A DNA stretch of 64,000 bases from Patescibacteria group bacterium (GTDB lineage Bacteria > Patescibacteriota > Patescibacteriia > SG8-24 > DYFX01): positions 8,257 through 72,256 of the forward strand of contig JBBTWH010000009.1 in assembly GCA_038062835.1 (NCBI GenBank), written 5' to 3'. This document shows positions 17,949 through 28,878 of the stretch, piece by piece; the first letter of the stretch is position 1, and each line of letters starts with the position of its first letter. Below the pieces are notes generated by a model. The model did not search any database, was not told where the DNA came from, and worked only from the letters and a program-made list of their open reading frames with translations. The translations under genes were made by a program, and so were the position numbers.

Positions 17949-20669
17949 CTAAAGCCACTTCGCCGGCACGACGCCGCGCCGGACCAGGATCTTGTAACCC
18001 TCGACCAGCCAGAGGACCGACGACGAGACGGCGACGGCCAGCGCCCAGTCTTTCCAGCCGAGCGGTACGATGCGGAATGCGGGCTGGAAGGCCGGGACGT
18101 ACATGATCATCGACATGAGTCCGACGGAGAGCGCGATCGTCATGGGGACCCAGCGGTTCGAAAGGATCCCCAGCGTGAAGAGGGACTTGTCGGTGGAGCG
18201 CATGTTGAAGACGTTCCACAGCTGGAAGAATGACATCGACAGGAACGCCATCGACCGCGCCGCGTCGAGGCCGTCGCGGTCGAGATACGCGCTGAAAAGC
18301 AGGAGCGTGCCGGCGGCCATCAAGGACGAGGTCAGGACGAGGAGGACGAGAAGGTTGCGCGACAGGATACGCGCGTCCTTGCGGCGCGGCGGGTTGAGCA
18401 GTTCGCCGCCATGCCTCGGCTCGAGCGCCAGAGCCTCGTCCGTCAGCGTGTCAGTGACGACGTTCAGCCAAAGCAGCTGCGCTGGCAGGAGCGGCAGCGG
18501 CAGCCCCAAGGCCAGCGTGGAGAGCATCGTGACGATCTCGCCGGCGTTGGTCATGACCAGGAAGCCGGCGGTCTGCTTGACGTTGCGGAAGACGATGCGC
18601 CCCTCCTCGACGGCGCTGACGACCGACGAGAAATCATCGTCGGTCAGGACCATGTCGGCGACTTCCTTGGTGACGTCCGTGCCGGTGATGCCCATGGCCA
18701 CGCCGACGTCGGCGCTCTTCAGGGCCGGCGCGTCGTTGATGCCGTCGCCCGTCATGGCGACGGTATGCCCGGAACGCTGCAGCTCGTCGACCACGCGGAT
18801 CTTGGTGGCGGGCGTGACGCGCGCGAAGACGACCGCGTCCTTCATGCTGGCGCGGAAGGCCTCTTCGGACATCGCGGCGACGTCCGCGCCCGTGAAGACG
18901 CGGCCTTCTCCGTCGTCTTCCAGCAGGCCGATCTCGCGGGCGATGGCGACGGCGGTGGCCTTATGGTCGCCGGTGTTCATGATGACCCTGATGCCGGCCC
19001 GGCCGCAGCGCGCGAGCGCCTCGCGGACGCCCTTGCGCGGAGGATCGATCATGCCGACGAGTCCCAACAGCGAGAGACCTCGTACGTCATCGGCGCGGAG
19101 CTCCTCCGTCTCAAGCCCGACTTCGCGGACGGCGACCGCGATGACGCGCATGGCCTTCGAAGCCATCGCGTCGTGCATCGTCTCGAAACGCGCGCGGAGT
19201 TCCGGCGTGAGGACGTCCGGACCGCGCCCGGACATCGTCATCGACGCCCTGCCGGCCAGCACCTCGAAAGCGCCGACGGCCATGATCTCCCGGCGGCGGA
19301 GCCCGTCGGCGTCGGCGTAGTCGTGGAGGACGGCGCGGAACTTCCGGTCGGAACTGAACGGGATCTCCTCGAGCGTGCGTTCCTCGCGCCTGAGCCGTGA
19401 ACGGTCGAAGCCGCCCTTGCGTCCGAGCGCGACAAGCGCCGCTTCGGTCGGATCGCCGACCGCCACGAGCCTGCCTCCCTCGACCTGGATCGAAGCCTTG
19501 GCGCACATCGCGGCCGCGCGGAGCACATGATTCAGCACGGGATGCTCTCCGAGATGGATGCGCGCGCCGGCGACGAGGAACTCGCCTTCGTAAGACCAGC
19601 CCTCCCCCGTCACGTGCACGGCATGATCGAGCAACCCGACTTCGCGGACGGTCATCTTGTTCTCGGTCAGCGTGCCGGTCTTGTCCGTGCAGATGACGTC
19701 GACGACGCCGAGCGTCTCGACGGCCGGAAGATGGCGCGTGATGGCGTTGCGTCGCGCCATGCGGCGGACGCCGACGGACAGGACGATGACGAGCACGAGC
19801 GGCAAGCCTTCGGGGATGCTGGAGACGGCGGCCGCCACGGCGAAGAGGAACGTGTCTACGACCGGCAGGTCGCGCCGCAGTCCGACGAAAAAGATGAGTC
19901 CTGCGGCCAAGATCGCGATGACGCCCAGATTGGCGGCCATGCGGTCGAGGCGGATCTCGAAAGGCGTGCGCTCGCGCTTGATGTCGAGGAGCTCGCCGGC
20001 GATGCGGCCGAATTCCGTGCGGACGCCTATCTCGACGACGACGCCCACGGACTCCCCGGCCACGATGAGGGTCCCCATATGCAGCATGCTGGACCGGTCG
20101 CCGACCGCGGCGGAAGGGTCGGTCGGAGCCGCGGCCTTGGACGTGGGGACCGATTCGCCCGTCAACGGAGACTCGTCGGCACGGATATCCTTGGCCTCGA
20201 CGATGCGCATGTCGGCCGGCACGCGCGCGCCTTCCGTCAGGATGACGATATCGCCGGGCACGAGTCCCGCCGCCGCGATCCGTTCGACGCGGCCGGAGCG
20301 CCGCACGGCCGCGGTCGGCACGGCCATGTCACGCAGCTTGGCGATGGCCGTCTCAGCCTTGCGTTCCTGGACGTAGCCGATCAGTCCGTTGACGACGACG
20401 ACGAAGACGATGGCGCCCGCGTCGAAGACGTGGCCGGAAAACCACGAGACGGCGGCGGCGGCGAAGAGGACGTAATTGAGCGTCCCGCGGAACTGCTTGA
20501 GGAACAGCAGGAAGCGCGAGGGCCCCTTCTCATGCGGCAGCTCGTTCGGACCGTGTTCGACGAGGCGCGCGGCCGCCTCCTCGGCCGAGAGCCCATCGGC
20601 TCCCGTCTCGAGCGCGGCGAACGCCTCGTCGACGGTCAGCGCGTGCCAGGGGCGCTGATCATTCGGCAT
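17949..20669 (-). CDS. cation-transporting P-type ATPase (P2-type, Ca2+/Mg2+-like)
   Basis: DKTGTLTEN phosphorylation motif, TGDGINDAPALK hinge motif, N-terminal cation-ATPase domain and 10 TM helices. Confidence 0.9.
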   Translation of the reverse strand: MPNDQRPWHALTVDEAFAALETGADGLSAEEAAARLVEHGPNELPHEKGPSRFLLFLKQFRGTLNYVLFAAAAVSWFSGHVFDAGAIVFVVVVNGLIGYVQERKAETAIAKLRDMAVPTAAVRRSGRVERIAAAGLVPGDIVILTEGARVPADMRIVEAKDIRADESPLTGESVPTSKAAAPTDPSAAVGDRSSMLHMGTLIVAGESVGVVVEIGVRTEFGRIAGELLDIKRERTPFEIRLDRMAANLGVIAILAAGLIFFVGLRRDLPVVDTFLFAVAAAVSSIPEGLPLVLVIVLSVGVRRMARRNAITRHLPAVETLGVVDVICTDKTGTLTENKMTVREVGLLDHAVHVTGEGWSYEGEFLVAGARIHLGEHPVLNHVLRAAAMCAKASIQVEGGRLVAVGDPTEAALVALGRKGGFDRSRLRREERTLEEIPFSSDRKFRAVLHDYADADGLRRREIMAVGAFEVLAGRASMTMSGRGPDVLTPELRARFETMHDAMASKAMRVIAVAVREVGLETEELRADDVRGLSLLGLVGMIDPPRKGVREALARCGRAGIRVIMNTGDHKATAVAIAREIGLLEDDGEGRVFTGADVAAMSEEAFRASMKDAVVFARVTPATKIRVVDELQRSGHTVAMTGDGINDAPALKSADVGVAMGITGTDVTKEVADMVLTDDDFSSVVSAVEEGRIVFRNVKQTAGFLVMTNAGEIVTMLSTLALGLPLPLLPAQLLWLNVVTDTLTDEALALEPRHGGELLNPPRRKDARILSRNLLVLLVLTSSLMAAGTLLLFSAYLDRDGLDAARSMAFLSMSFFQLWNVFNMRSTDKSLFTLGILSNRWVPMTIALSVGLMSMIMYVPAFQPAFRIVPLGWKDWALAVAVSSSVLWLVEGYKILVRRGVVPAKWL

Positions 20670-21237
20670 CGGCGGGGCATTCCTTGATGTCGGAGAGGAG
20701 CACGTTCTCCACGCGGATGCCGCGCGGGAAAAAGATGCGTTCGAGCTCCTGCTTAGTCTCGATCTCGACCTGGTCCCGGCGCGTCGAGCAGATGTCGGCG
20801 TGCGGGTAGCGCGCGGAGATCATGCGCATGCGGCTGCGGATGGTGGGACGCACGATCTTCTGCACGAAGTCGTCGCCGATGTTCTGCCAGATCATCGGGA
20901 TCTGCTCGATATCGAGACGCAGCAGGATAGTGCCTTCGACCTGGATGCGCTTGCCGTCCGAAGATTGGGCGACGATCGGCACGTCGCCGAGCGCCTTGAC
21001 GTGCTCGGGTCGGAACTCGCCGGAGATCGAATACTCGAGCGTCTGCGTGTTGAACAGTTTGGCTTTCTGCCAGAACGGGATCTTGAGGTGGAGGCCGGGC
21101 ATCATGACCTTCTTGAGGACGCCGCGGCCGAGGTCGTAGACGCAGGCGACGTAGCCGGGAGGGACGTAAATGAAAAGCCCCTTGAGGACGTCCTCGACGA
21201 CGAACGAATACATCAGTTGGTCGAGACGGTCGGCCAT
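20659..21237 (-). CDS. SPFH/band-7 domain protein (193 aa)
   Basis: MADRLDQLMYSFVVEDVLKGLFIYVPPGYVACVYDLGRGVL... is a stomatin/HflC-like beta-rich core. The track ORF start at 21585 lies in a junk Arg-rich frame. Confidence 0.7.
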   Translation of the reverse strand: MADRLDQLMYSFVVEDVLKGLFIYVPPGYVACVYDLGRGVLKKVMMPGLHLKIPFWQKAKLFNTQTLEYSISGEFRPEHVKALGDVPIVAQSSDGKRIQVEGTILLRLDIEQIPMIWQNIGDDFVQKIVRPTIRSRMRMISARYPHADICSTRRDQVEIETKQELERIFFPRGIRVENVLLSDIKECPADAE

Positions 21238-21866
21238 AGCTTGTGTCTGATGGCTGAAACGGTGAAGGAGAAGGCCATCGAGGTGAGCACGAACAGGGCC
21301 TTCACCATGGGCAAGAGTGACAATACCACGACGGAAAACAGCGGGAAAGCGTAACGGTAGATGGCGTCTTGCTTCCCGAGCAGGTGTTCGACCTGGCGCT
21401 GTTCGTGCGAAATCTCGAGATACAGCACGACGCCGACGGCCAGCGCCCACCAGACATTCCTCGCGGAGAGCCCGAAACCGAAGAACGTCGGGTCGATGTC
21501 CGGCGTGAGGGCGCCGCGGGTGAAGACCTGGTAGAGCGCGAGCAAGACGGCGAGCTGGACCAGGAGCACCGTCGCCTTGGCCCACGGATTGATCTTGCGC
21601 CGTTTGAGCAGCTCGCGGATCTGCTCGTTGGCCAGCACCGGGTCGTTCTTGTACTGCCCCTGAATGGCGGCGACCTCCTCGGAGAGGCGTTCATAGCGCG
21701 CGCTGGAACGCTCCGCGAGGATGGTGAGCGGCATGAGCGCCAAACGCAGGAGCACCGTCAGCTCGATGACGGCGACGCCCAGGTTCCCGAACGCCAGCGT
21801 GCGGTACAGGAAGAGCAGGGTCTCAAGCATCGGGTGGACGATCGCTTCGCGCCAGAGATCTTGCAT
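21213..21866 (-). CDS. yidC: short-form YidC/Oxa1 membrane protein insertase
   Basis: MQDLWREAIVHPMLETLLFLYRTLAFGNLGVAVIELTVLLRLALMPLT...KINPWA, with the conserved hydrophilic groove helix and five TM helices. Confidence 0.75.
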   Translation of the reverse strand: MQDLWREAIVHPMLETLLFLYRTLAFGNLGVAVIELTVLLRLALMPLTILAERSSARYERLSEEVAAIQGQYKNDPVLANEQIRELLKRRKINPWAKATVLLVQLAVLLALYQVFTRGALTPDIDPTFFGFGLSARNVWWALAVGVVLYLEISHEQRQVEHLLGKQDAIYRYAFPLFSVVVLSLLPMVKALFVLTSMAFSFTVSAIRHKLWPTVSTN

Positions 21867-21919
21867 ACCGCGACAGCATAGCAAAAACGAGGGTTTCGGT
21901 CACCCTCGTTTCAGGCGTT

Positions 21920-22888
<969 letters not shown>

Positions 22889-22938
22889 AGGATACGAAAG
22901 GATGCCTCGTTCCAGGCATCCAGTCAAGCGGATCGTCT

Positions 22939-23595
22939 TCAGGATTTACCGGCTGCCTCGCACTTCTTCTGGAGCTCCTCGATGCGCTGCTTGAGCTTGA
23001 TCATCTGGAGTTCGCGATCGACGATCAAGCGCTTCATGTCCCGTGTCCTCTCAAGTTCCTTCTCCAGGACCTTGCGGAACGATTCGTGCTTGAAAAGTTG
23101 CTGGTGAAGTTGGACGACCTGGAGCTCGAGCGCGGCCCAGGAGGCAAGATCCTTGAGCAGCTGCTGGTCATCGAGCGACAGTTCACGCGGAGCGCGATCC
23201 TTGATGCAGAAGACGCCGAGCCGGAAGCCGTGGATGTCCAGGATCGGCACGCCTGCATAGAAGCGGATGTAGGGCTCTCCGATCACCATGGGGTTGTCGG
23301 AGAACCGGGCGTCTTTCCGCGCGTCGGGGATGACCATGATGTCGTCGGCGAGCATCGCGTGCCCGCAGAACGAGATGGCTCGCGCTCCCTGGCGCGCCTC
23401 CAGGCCCTGGCACGACTTGAACCACTCGCGCTCCTTATCGACCAAGGTCAGGGTCGAGATGGGCACTTTGAAAAGCTTGAGCGCCAGGCGCGTGATGCGG
23501 TCGAACTGCTCTTCGCGCTGGGTGTCGAGGAACCCGAGGCTATGGAGCGCCAGGAGTCGCTCGGATTCGTTTTCCGGAATAGGAGCTTCGATCAT
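22939..23595 (-). CDS. GAF domain protein with C-terminal coiled coil
   Basis: ENESERLLALHSLGFLDTQREEQFDRITRLA...ISFCGHA is GAF-like. The C-terminus is charged and helical. Confidence 0.75.
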   Translation of the reverse strand: MIEAPIPENESERLLALHSLGFLDTQREEQFDRITRLALKLFKVPISTLTLVDKEREWFKSCQGLEARQGARAISFCGHAMLADDIMVIPDARKDARFSDNPMVIGEPYIRFYAGVPILDIHGFRLGVFCIKDRAPRELSLDDQQLLKDLASWAALELQVVQLHQQLFKHESFRKVLEKELERTRDMKRLIVDRELQMIKLKQRIEELQKKCEAAGKS

Positions 23596-23597
23596 AT

Positions 23598-24071
23598 TTA
23601 CGGCTTGGCCACCGGCAACGCCGCATCATGCTCGACTGACCCCTTCTTCATCAGCATGGCATCGAGGCCGTAGGCCCCGGCACCGGAAAGGACGAGCGCG
23701 AGAGCCGTCATCATCAACGAGAATTCGAACTCGTAGGTCTTGAACGAACCGATTTCCTTGGCCGTCAGGACGGCGACGACCATGATGACGACGTGTCCGG
23801 CCGCCCAGAAACGGGTCGCGAGACCGAGCAGGACGAAGATGCCGCCGAAGAATTCCACGCAAGCGACGAGGACCGCCATGGCGCCCGGCAACGGGATTCC
23901 CAGCTTCTCGAAGAACATGCCGGTGCCGTCGAGGCCGCTGAGTTTCATCCAGCCGTGAAAGATGAAGACGAAGGCGAGTCCGACGCGCAGGACGAGCTTG
24001 GCGGCATCGGCGCTGCACGGCTTCCTAAGGAAAACCATGGCCGGGTTGTGCATGAGTCGGTGGAGCATCAT
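23598..24071 (-). CDS. DoxX family membrane protein
   Basis: LVLRVGLAFVFIFHGWMKL...FEKLGIPLPGAMAVLVACVEFFGGIFVLLGLATR is a DoxX signature. Confidence 0.8.
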   Translation of the reverse strand: MMLHRLMHNPAMVFLRKPCSADAAKLVLRVGLAFVFIFHGWMKLSGLDGTGMFFEKLGIPLPGAMAVLVACVEFFGGIFVLLGLATRFWAAGHVVIMVVAVLTAKEIGSFKTYEFEFSLMMTALALVLSGAGAYGLDAMLMKKGSVEHDAALPVAKP

Positions 24072-24160
24072 AGGCGTTAGTTTAAGCCTTATATATCAGG
24101 CTGAGTGTACCACCTCCACTGGACATCCTTCCAGCGGAATGCTATCGTCATCTGCGTCAT

Positions 24161-24239
24161 GGCGCGTTCGTCTAGCCCGGTCCAGGACGTCTCCCTCTCA
24201 CGGAGAAGATCAGGGGTTCGAATCCCCTACGCGCTACCA
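24161..24239 (+). tRNA. tRNA-Glu (anticodon CUC)
   Basis: GGCGCGT acceptor stem. The D-arm and T-arm (TCGTCTAG...AGGGGTTCGAATCCCCT) are near-identical to E. coli tRNA-Glu. Anticodon loop CTCTCAC. CCA is encoded. Confidence 0.9.
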
Positions 24240-24240
24240 A

Positions 24241-24274
24241 AAAAATCCCGACCTTCTGCGGTCGGGATTTTTTG
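24241..24274. terminator. bidirectional terminator AAAAAATCCCGACCttctgcGGTCGGGATTTTTT
   Basis: Perfect stem flanked by an A-tract and a T-tract immediately after the tRNA. Confidence 0.8.
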
Positions 24275-24285
24275 ACGTAAAAACG

Positions 24286-24317
24286 GGGCGAACTTGATGT
24301 TCGCCCCGTGCGTGAGT
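24286..24317 (-). terminator. rho-independent terminator of the Ser/Thr kinase gene (cggggcgaac..ttcgccccg + T5 on the minus strand)
   Basis: Stem-loop plus T-tract just after the stop at 24327. Confidence 0.65.
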
Positions 24318-24326
24318 GCCGATGCC

Positions 24327-25760
24327 CTAGCGCGAGATGCGCCGGAGCCAGAGGTTGACCTGCCGGGCCTTGTCCGCGTCCCGGTCGGGGCGCGAGCGAT
24401 AGGCCTTGCAAGCCTTTAGCGCTTCCGTGCGGGCTTCGGGCTGCCGGACATAGGCGCCGCAGAGGCAGAAGAGCCCCTCGGCGTCGTTCGGCTTGGACTT
24501 GAGAGCGCGCGTGAGCGTCGCGATGGCGTCCGACGTCCGGCCGCCGGCGTAGAGCGCGCAGCCTTGGACGGAAGTCGCGGCGGACGGGGGCGGCGGTGGC
24601 GGAATCGAGATTCCGTCGGACGCATCCCTGTCATCGACGGCCTTCGCAGGAGCGACGGCCTCGGCCTTGGCGGTCACGATGACCGCTTCAGGCCTGCCGG
24701 ACCGAGCGGGAGCCTTGCCCATCGTCAGCGCCAGGCCGACGGCGAACGCCGCGACCGCGCAGACCGCGATCGATGCCGGAATCCACGCGCGCTTCCTCGA
24801 TGCCGACTTGATCGGAGCTTTCGGCTTCGATTCGAACGCGACCGCCTCGAGCGCGGCGCGCATCTCGGAAGCCGACCCGTACCGTTCGCCGGGAATCTTG
24901 GCCATCGCCTTGCGGACGATGGCGTCGAGCCCGGGAGGGAGCGGCTCGGCGTCCGACGCAACGATCGCGGGGACCGCCGAACTCCGATGCTGGTCGTAGA
25001 TGGCGAGCGCATCCTTCCCGCGGAAAGGCGCCCTGCTGTTCAACAGCTGGAACAGCATCACGCCGACGGAGTAGATGTCGGTGCGCTCATCGACGGGCAG
25101 GGAACGGATCTGCTCCGGCGACATATAGAGCGGCGAACCGAGCGGCATGCCTTGCTGGGTCAGCGTCATGTCGAGGGCGGGGTCGCCCGACGACTCGGAA
25201 GCCTTCCCCAGGCCGAAGTCCAGGATCTTCACCTGGTCGTCCTTGTCGGTCAGCATGACGTTGCCGGGCTTCAGATCGCGGTGGACGATCTTGATGGCAT
25301 GGATCGCCTCGAGGCCCCTGAGGATCTCGATGACGATCTTGATGGCCCTTTTCGGCGCCAAAGCGCGGGGCTTTCCGGCAGGCGTCATGATCTCGTCGCG
25401 CAGCGTGCGCCCTTCGATCCGTTCCATGACCAGCAGGTGCCGGCCGTCGATCTCGTCGAAGGAGAAGATCATGGCGACGTTCGGGTGCATGACGCGTCCG
25501 GCGACCTGCGCCTCGCGGCGGAAGCGCGCGACCATCATCTTGCAGTGCTCCGGATCCCTCGTCGGGAAACTGATCACCTTGATGACGACCGTCCGGCCCA
25601 GACTCTCGTCTTTCGCCAGATAGACCTCGCCCATGCCGCCCTTGCCGATCGGAGAACCGATGCTGTACTTCCCGATCTTCTTGCCCTCGACCCTGGAATC
25701 CTCCAGGGCCTTTTCGATGTCATCGCCTATCAGCGCGCGCAAGCCGTCGTCCGTGTTCAT
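24327..25760 (-). CDS. Hanks-type Ser/Thr protein kinase with TM segment and C-terminal TPR-like extracellular domain
   Basis: GKGGMGEVYLAKD...VVIKV, HRDLKPGNVML, DFGLGK, SPEQ. TM helix AWIPASIAVCAVAAFAVGLAL. RBS aggaggt. Confidence 0.88.
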   Translation of the reverse strand: MNTDDGLRALIGDDIEKALEDSRVEGKKIGKYSIGSPIGKGGMGEVYLAKDESLGRTVVIKVISFPTRDPEHCKMMVARFRREAQVAGRVMHPNVAMIFSFDEIDGRHLLVMERIEGRTLRDEIMTPAGKPRALAPKRAIKIVIEILRGLEAIHAIKIVHRDLKPGNVMLTDKDDQVKILDFGLGKASESSGDPALDMTLTQQGMPLGSPLYMSPEQIRSLPVDERTDIYSVGVMLFQLLNSRAPFRGKDALAIYDQHRSSAVPAIVASDAEPLPPGLDAIVRKAMAKIPGERYGSASEMRAALEAVAFESKPKAPIKSASRKRAWIPASIAVCAVAAFAVGLALTMGKAPARSGRPEAVIVTAKAEAVAPAKAVDDRDASDGISIPPPPPPSAATSVQGCALYAGGRTSDAIATLTRALKSKPNDAEGLFCLCGAYVRQPEARTEALKACKAYRSRPDRDADKARQVNLWLRRISR

Positions 25761-25861
25761 CTGAACCTCCTGCCTTACGGCGGTGTGGGGACTCGTGGTG
25801 CTTCCCAGGAGAACTCTCCATTGGAAACGGCTTACTTTAGCTTAAAAAAACGCTTCTGTCA

Positions 25862-25895
25862 AGTCTTTATGACAGAAGCGCCAGATTTTTGGCTT
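25862..25895 (-). promoter_or_regulatory. terminator-promoter module: hairpin gcgcttctgtca..tgacagaagcg + T7 (murF terminator) containing -35 TTGACA, 17 nt, -10 TAAAGT for the kinase gene
   Basis: Read on the minus strand: ggcgcttctgtcataaagacTTGACAgaagcgtttttttaagcTAAAGT. Confidence 0.55.
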
Positions 25896-25898
25896 GTT

Positions 25899-27173
25899 TC
25901 AGCCCTTCTTTTCCTGGCTGACGAGGAGCTCCGCCGCCCTTGAAGGCTCGGCCATGAGTTCCTTGACGACTCGCTCCATCCGCATGCCCCGCGAACCCTT
26001 GATGAGCAGGAGGTCGCCTGGATGGATGCGGTCCTGGAGGAAACGACCCGACGCGACGGCATCCCTCATATGGAAGACGCGCTCGTCCGGCATGCCGGCC
26101 TCGCGCGCCGCCTCGCACAGGAGCGCGGAGGCCGCGCCGACGCCGACTAACATATCGAGGCCGGACGCCGCCGCGGCTTTGCCGATGCGTCGGTGCGATT
26201 CCTCGGTCAGCGCGCCGAGTTCGAACATGTCTCCGAGAACGGCGATGCGCCGAGCGTCGCCTTCGCGCGGCAAGGCGGCGAACGTCCGCAGGGCGAGCTC
26301 GGCGGCGCGAGGCGATGAGTTGTAGGTGTCGTCGACGATGACGGTGCGCTTCACGCCCGACAGGACCCGCAGGCGTCCCGGCGGGGGCTGATACTCCGCC
26401 AGCCCGTAGGGGATGGCGGCCGGGTCGATGCCGAAGGCCACCCCGACGCCTGCGGCCGCCAGCGCGGCATAGACGTTGCCTTCGCCGATGGCTTCCGACA
26501 GGTTCGCCGCATAGCTGACGCCGTCGATCAGCAGGTCGAAACGCGTGAAGACCGTGCCGAGCGCCGTTTCGGCGCTGACGCGCTCCGCGCGGACACGGGC
26601 GGACGGTCCGAAGCCGAAAAGCACCGCGCGCTCGCCCATGCCATCCCCCATCGGCGCGACGCGGACGTCGTCGGCGTTCAGCACGGCAGTGCCGCGCTCG
26701 GCGACGGCGCGCACGATCGCGCCCTCTTCTTTCGCCACGCCGTCGAGATCGCCTAGGAATTCCGTGTGCTCTTCGGAAATGGCCGTCAGCACGGAGACGT
26801 CAGGGGGGGCGATCGCGGTCAGATAGTCCAGGTCGCCCGGATGGTCGGTAGCCATCTCGAGCACGAGGACTTTCGGATAGTCGCGCTCGGGTCCGAACGC
26901 CAGGCGGAACCCGCGCCAAAGGATGCCGGCCCAGGCGAAAATCGAGCGTCCGCCGCTCGAAGGCTCGCCCAGGATCGTGAGCGGCACGCCGATCTCGTTG
27001 TTGTGGTTCCTGGAGCTGGCGCGGGTCGGAAAAGCGCGGCCGAGGACGGCCGCGACGGCGCGCGTCGTCGACGTCTTGCCGACGGAACCGGCGACAGCGA
27101 CGATCTTCGGCCGATACCGGGCCAGGACGACTCGCGACAGGAAGGCCAGGACGTATTGCAGGTTGCGGAGCAT
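25899..27173 (-). CDS. murF: UDP-N-acetylmuramoyl-tripeptide--D-alanyl-D-alanine ligase
   Basis: Mur ligase P-loop IVAVAGSVGKTSTT, plus DTYNSSP and GDMFELG motifs. ATG at 27173 forms a TGAtATG coupling with the ftsI stop. The upstream 93 aa of the track ORF are junk. Confidence 0.88.
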   Translation of the reverse strand: MLRNLQYVLAFLSRVVLARYRPKIVAVAGSVGKTSTTRAVAAVLGRAFPTRASSRNHNNEIGVPLTILGEPSSGGRSIFAWAGILWRGFRLAFGPERDYPKVLVLEMATDHPGDLDYLTAIAPPDVSVLTAISEEHTEFLGDLDGVAKEEGAIVRAVAERGTAVLNADDVRVAPMGDGMGERAVLFGFGPSARVRAERVSAETALGTVFTRFDLLIDGVSYAANLSEAIGEGNVYAALAAAGVGVAFGIDPAAIPYGLAEYQPPPGRLRVLSGVKRTVIVDDTYNSSPRAAELALRTFAALPREGDARRIAVLGDMFELGALTEESHRRIGKAAAASGLDMLVGVGAASALLCEAAREAGMPDERVFHMRDAVASGRFLQDRIHPGDLLLIKGSRGMRMERVVKELMAEPSRAAELLVSQEKKG

Positions 27174-27174
27174 A

Positions 27175-28878
27175 TCACTTGCGGGTAGGCGGTATCTGAT
27201 AGTAGTCGAGCAGGAACTTGGCGATGTCGCCGAACAGCGGCGCGGCCGACGACTCGGCGAACTGCACGTCCTTGGGACGGTCGATGCGCACGACCATCGC
27301 GAACTTCGGATCGTCGATAGGGCCGTAGCCGGCGAATGATCCGATGGTGGCGCCGATCTCATAGCCGGGTCCGTCCTTGCGCGCGATCTGCGCGGTGCCG
27401 GTCTTGCCGCCGATCCAGTATCCCGGCACGCCCGCGCGTTTGCCGTGCCCACGCTCGACGACGGCGGTCAGCATGCCGGAGACGAGCCTGGCGGCGCGTT
27501 CCGAGACGACGCGGCGCAGGGCCTTGGGAGCGCGCTTCTCGACCGTGCCGTCGGCGCGGCGTATCTCCTCCACTATGTAGGGCTTCATCATCATGCCGTC
27601 ATTGGCGAGCGCCGCATAGGCCGCCGCCATCTGGAGCGCCGTCACGGTGATGCCCTGGCCGTAGGAACCGGTCGCCGACCAGATGTCGCCCTTGCGCTCA
27701 AGCGGTTCGATGTCGCCGGCCGCTTCCGAGTGCAGCTCGAGTCCCGGCTTCTGGCCGAAGCCGAAGTCGCGCACGTATGTGAGGAAAGTCGGCGCGCCGA
27801 GACGATGGACCACCTCGACCATGCCGGTGTTGAGAGATTCCGCCAGGACGTCCGTCATCGTGACCTTGCCGTGCGCCTTGAGGTCGGAATTGCGGATGGT
27901 GTACGGCCCGATCTTCACTTCACCAGGGTCGTCGAAGGGCGTCGCGGGGGAGATCTTATCCGTATCGAGGCCGGCCGCCATCGTGATGGTCTTGAAGATC
28001 GAGCCCGGCTCGTACGCGTCGAACGCGGCGGTGTCGTTATAGACGCCGATGTCTTCGACCTTTCCGTAGTCGTTCGGGTCGAAGGCCGGGGCGTTGCAAA
28101 GGGCGATGACGGCGCCGGTATCCGGTTCGACGATGACGACGCTCCCCCGCTCGGCTCCGTGGCGCGCTACCCACTCCTCGAGCTTGCGGCAGGCGACGTA
28201 TTGCACGGTACGGTCGACGGTCAGCACCAGGTCGGAGCCGTCCTTGGCCGGCTTGACGGTACGGTTGCCTACGGCGATGGCGCGCCCGCCCGGATCCTTC
28301 TCCGACTCGAGATAACCCTGCGCGCCGGTCAGCTCCTTGTCGAACCAGCCCTCGATGCCGTAGCGCCCGCTTCGTCCGCGTTCGCTCTCGCCGACGAACC
28401 CGAGCATCTGCGCGGCGACGGAACCTTCGGGATAAAAGCGGTACTCCTCCTCGGAGAAGCCGATGCCTCCGATCCCAAGCGCCTCTATCTTGGCGCGCGT
28501 CTCGTCGTCGAGCTTGCGCGCGAGGGCGCGGTAGCGCTCGTCCTTATTCGAAAGCTTCTCCGCCAGTTTTTCGGGCTCCTCGCCGATGAGCGGCGCGATG
28601 GCGCGCGCGGCGGAGAGCGGATCCTTCAGACGGAAAGGTTCCGCGTACAGGAGGTGCATCGGACGGTTGGTGGCCAGGAGATATTCCTGGTCGCCGGAGG
28701 CGCGATCGCGCGCGTAGATCTTCCCTCGCTCGGGGAAAAGTTGACGGAACAGGTCGTGCTGTCCTTCCGCCAAGGCGGCATAGAAATCGTGACCGAGCAC
28801 CTGGATGCGGAAGAGCTGCCCGAAGATCAGCGCCCCGAACAGGAAAAAGCCCAGGCGAAGCAGTCGCAGGCGGCTCAT
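27175..28878 (-). CDS. ftsI: peptidoglycan D,D-transpeptidase FtsI/PBP2-like (class B PBP)
   Basis: N-terminal TM helix, dimerisation domain, SxxK (GSIFK), SxN, and KTGTAQ. Confidence 0.9.
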   Translation of the reverse strand: MSRLRLLRLGFFLFGALIFGQLFRIQVLGHDFYAALAEGQHDLFRQLFPERGKIYARDRASGDQEYLLATNRPMHLLYAEPFRLKDPLSAARAIAPLIGEEPEKLAEKLSNKDERYRALARKLDDETRAKIEALGIGGIGFSEEEYRFYPEGSVAAQMLGFVGESERGRSGRYGIEGWFDKELTGAQGYLESEKDPGGRAIAVGNRTVKPAKDGSDLVLTVDRTVQYVACRKLEEWVARHGAERGSVVIVEPDTGAVIALCNAPAFDPNDYGKVEDIGVYNDTAAFDAYEPGSIFKTITMAAGLDTDKISPATPFDDPGEVKIGPYTIRNSDLKAHGKVTMTDVLAESLNTGMVEVVHRLGAPTFLTYVRDFGFGQKPGLELHSEAAGDIEPLERKGDIWSATGSYGQGITVTALQMAAAYAALANDGMMMKPYIVEEIRRADGTVEKRAPKALRRVVSERAARLVSGMLTAVVERGHGKRAGVPGYWIGGKTGTAQIARKDGPGYEIGATIGSFAGYGPIDDPKFAMVVRIDRPKDVQFAESSAAPLFGDIAKFLLDYYQIPPTRK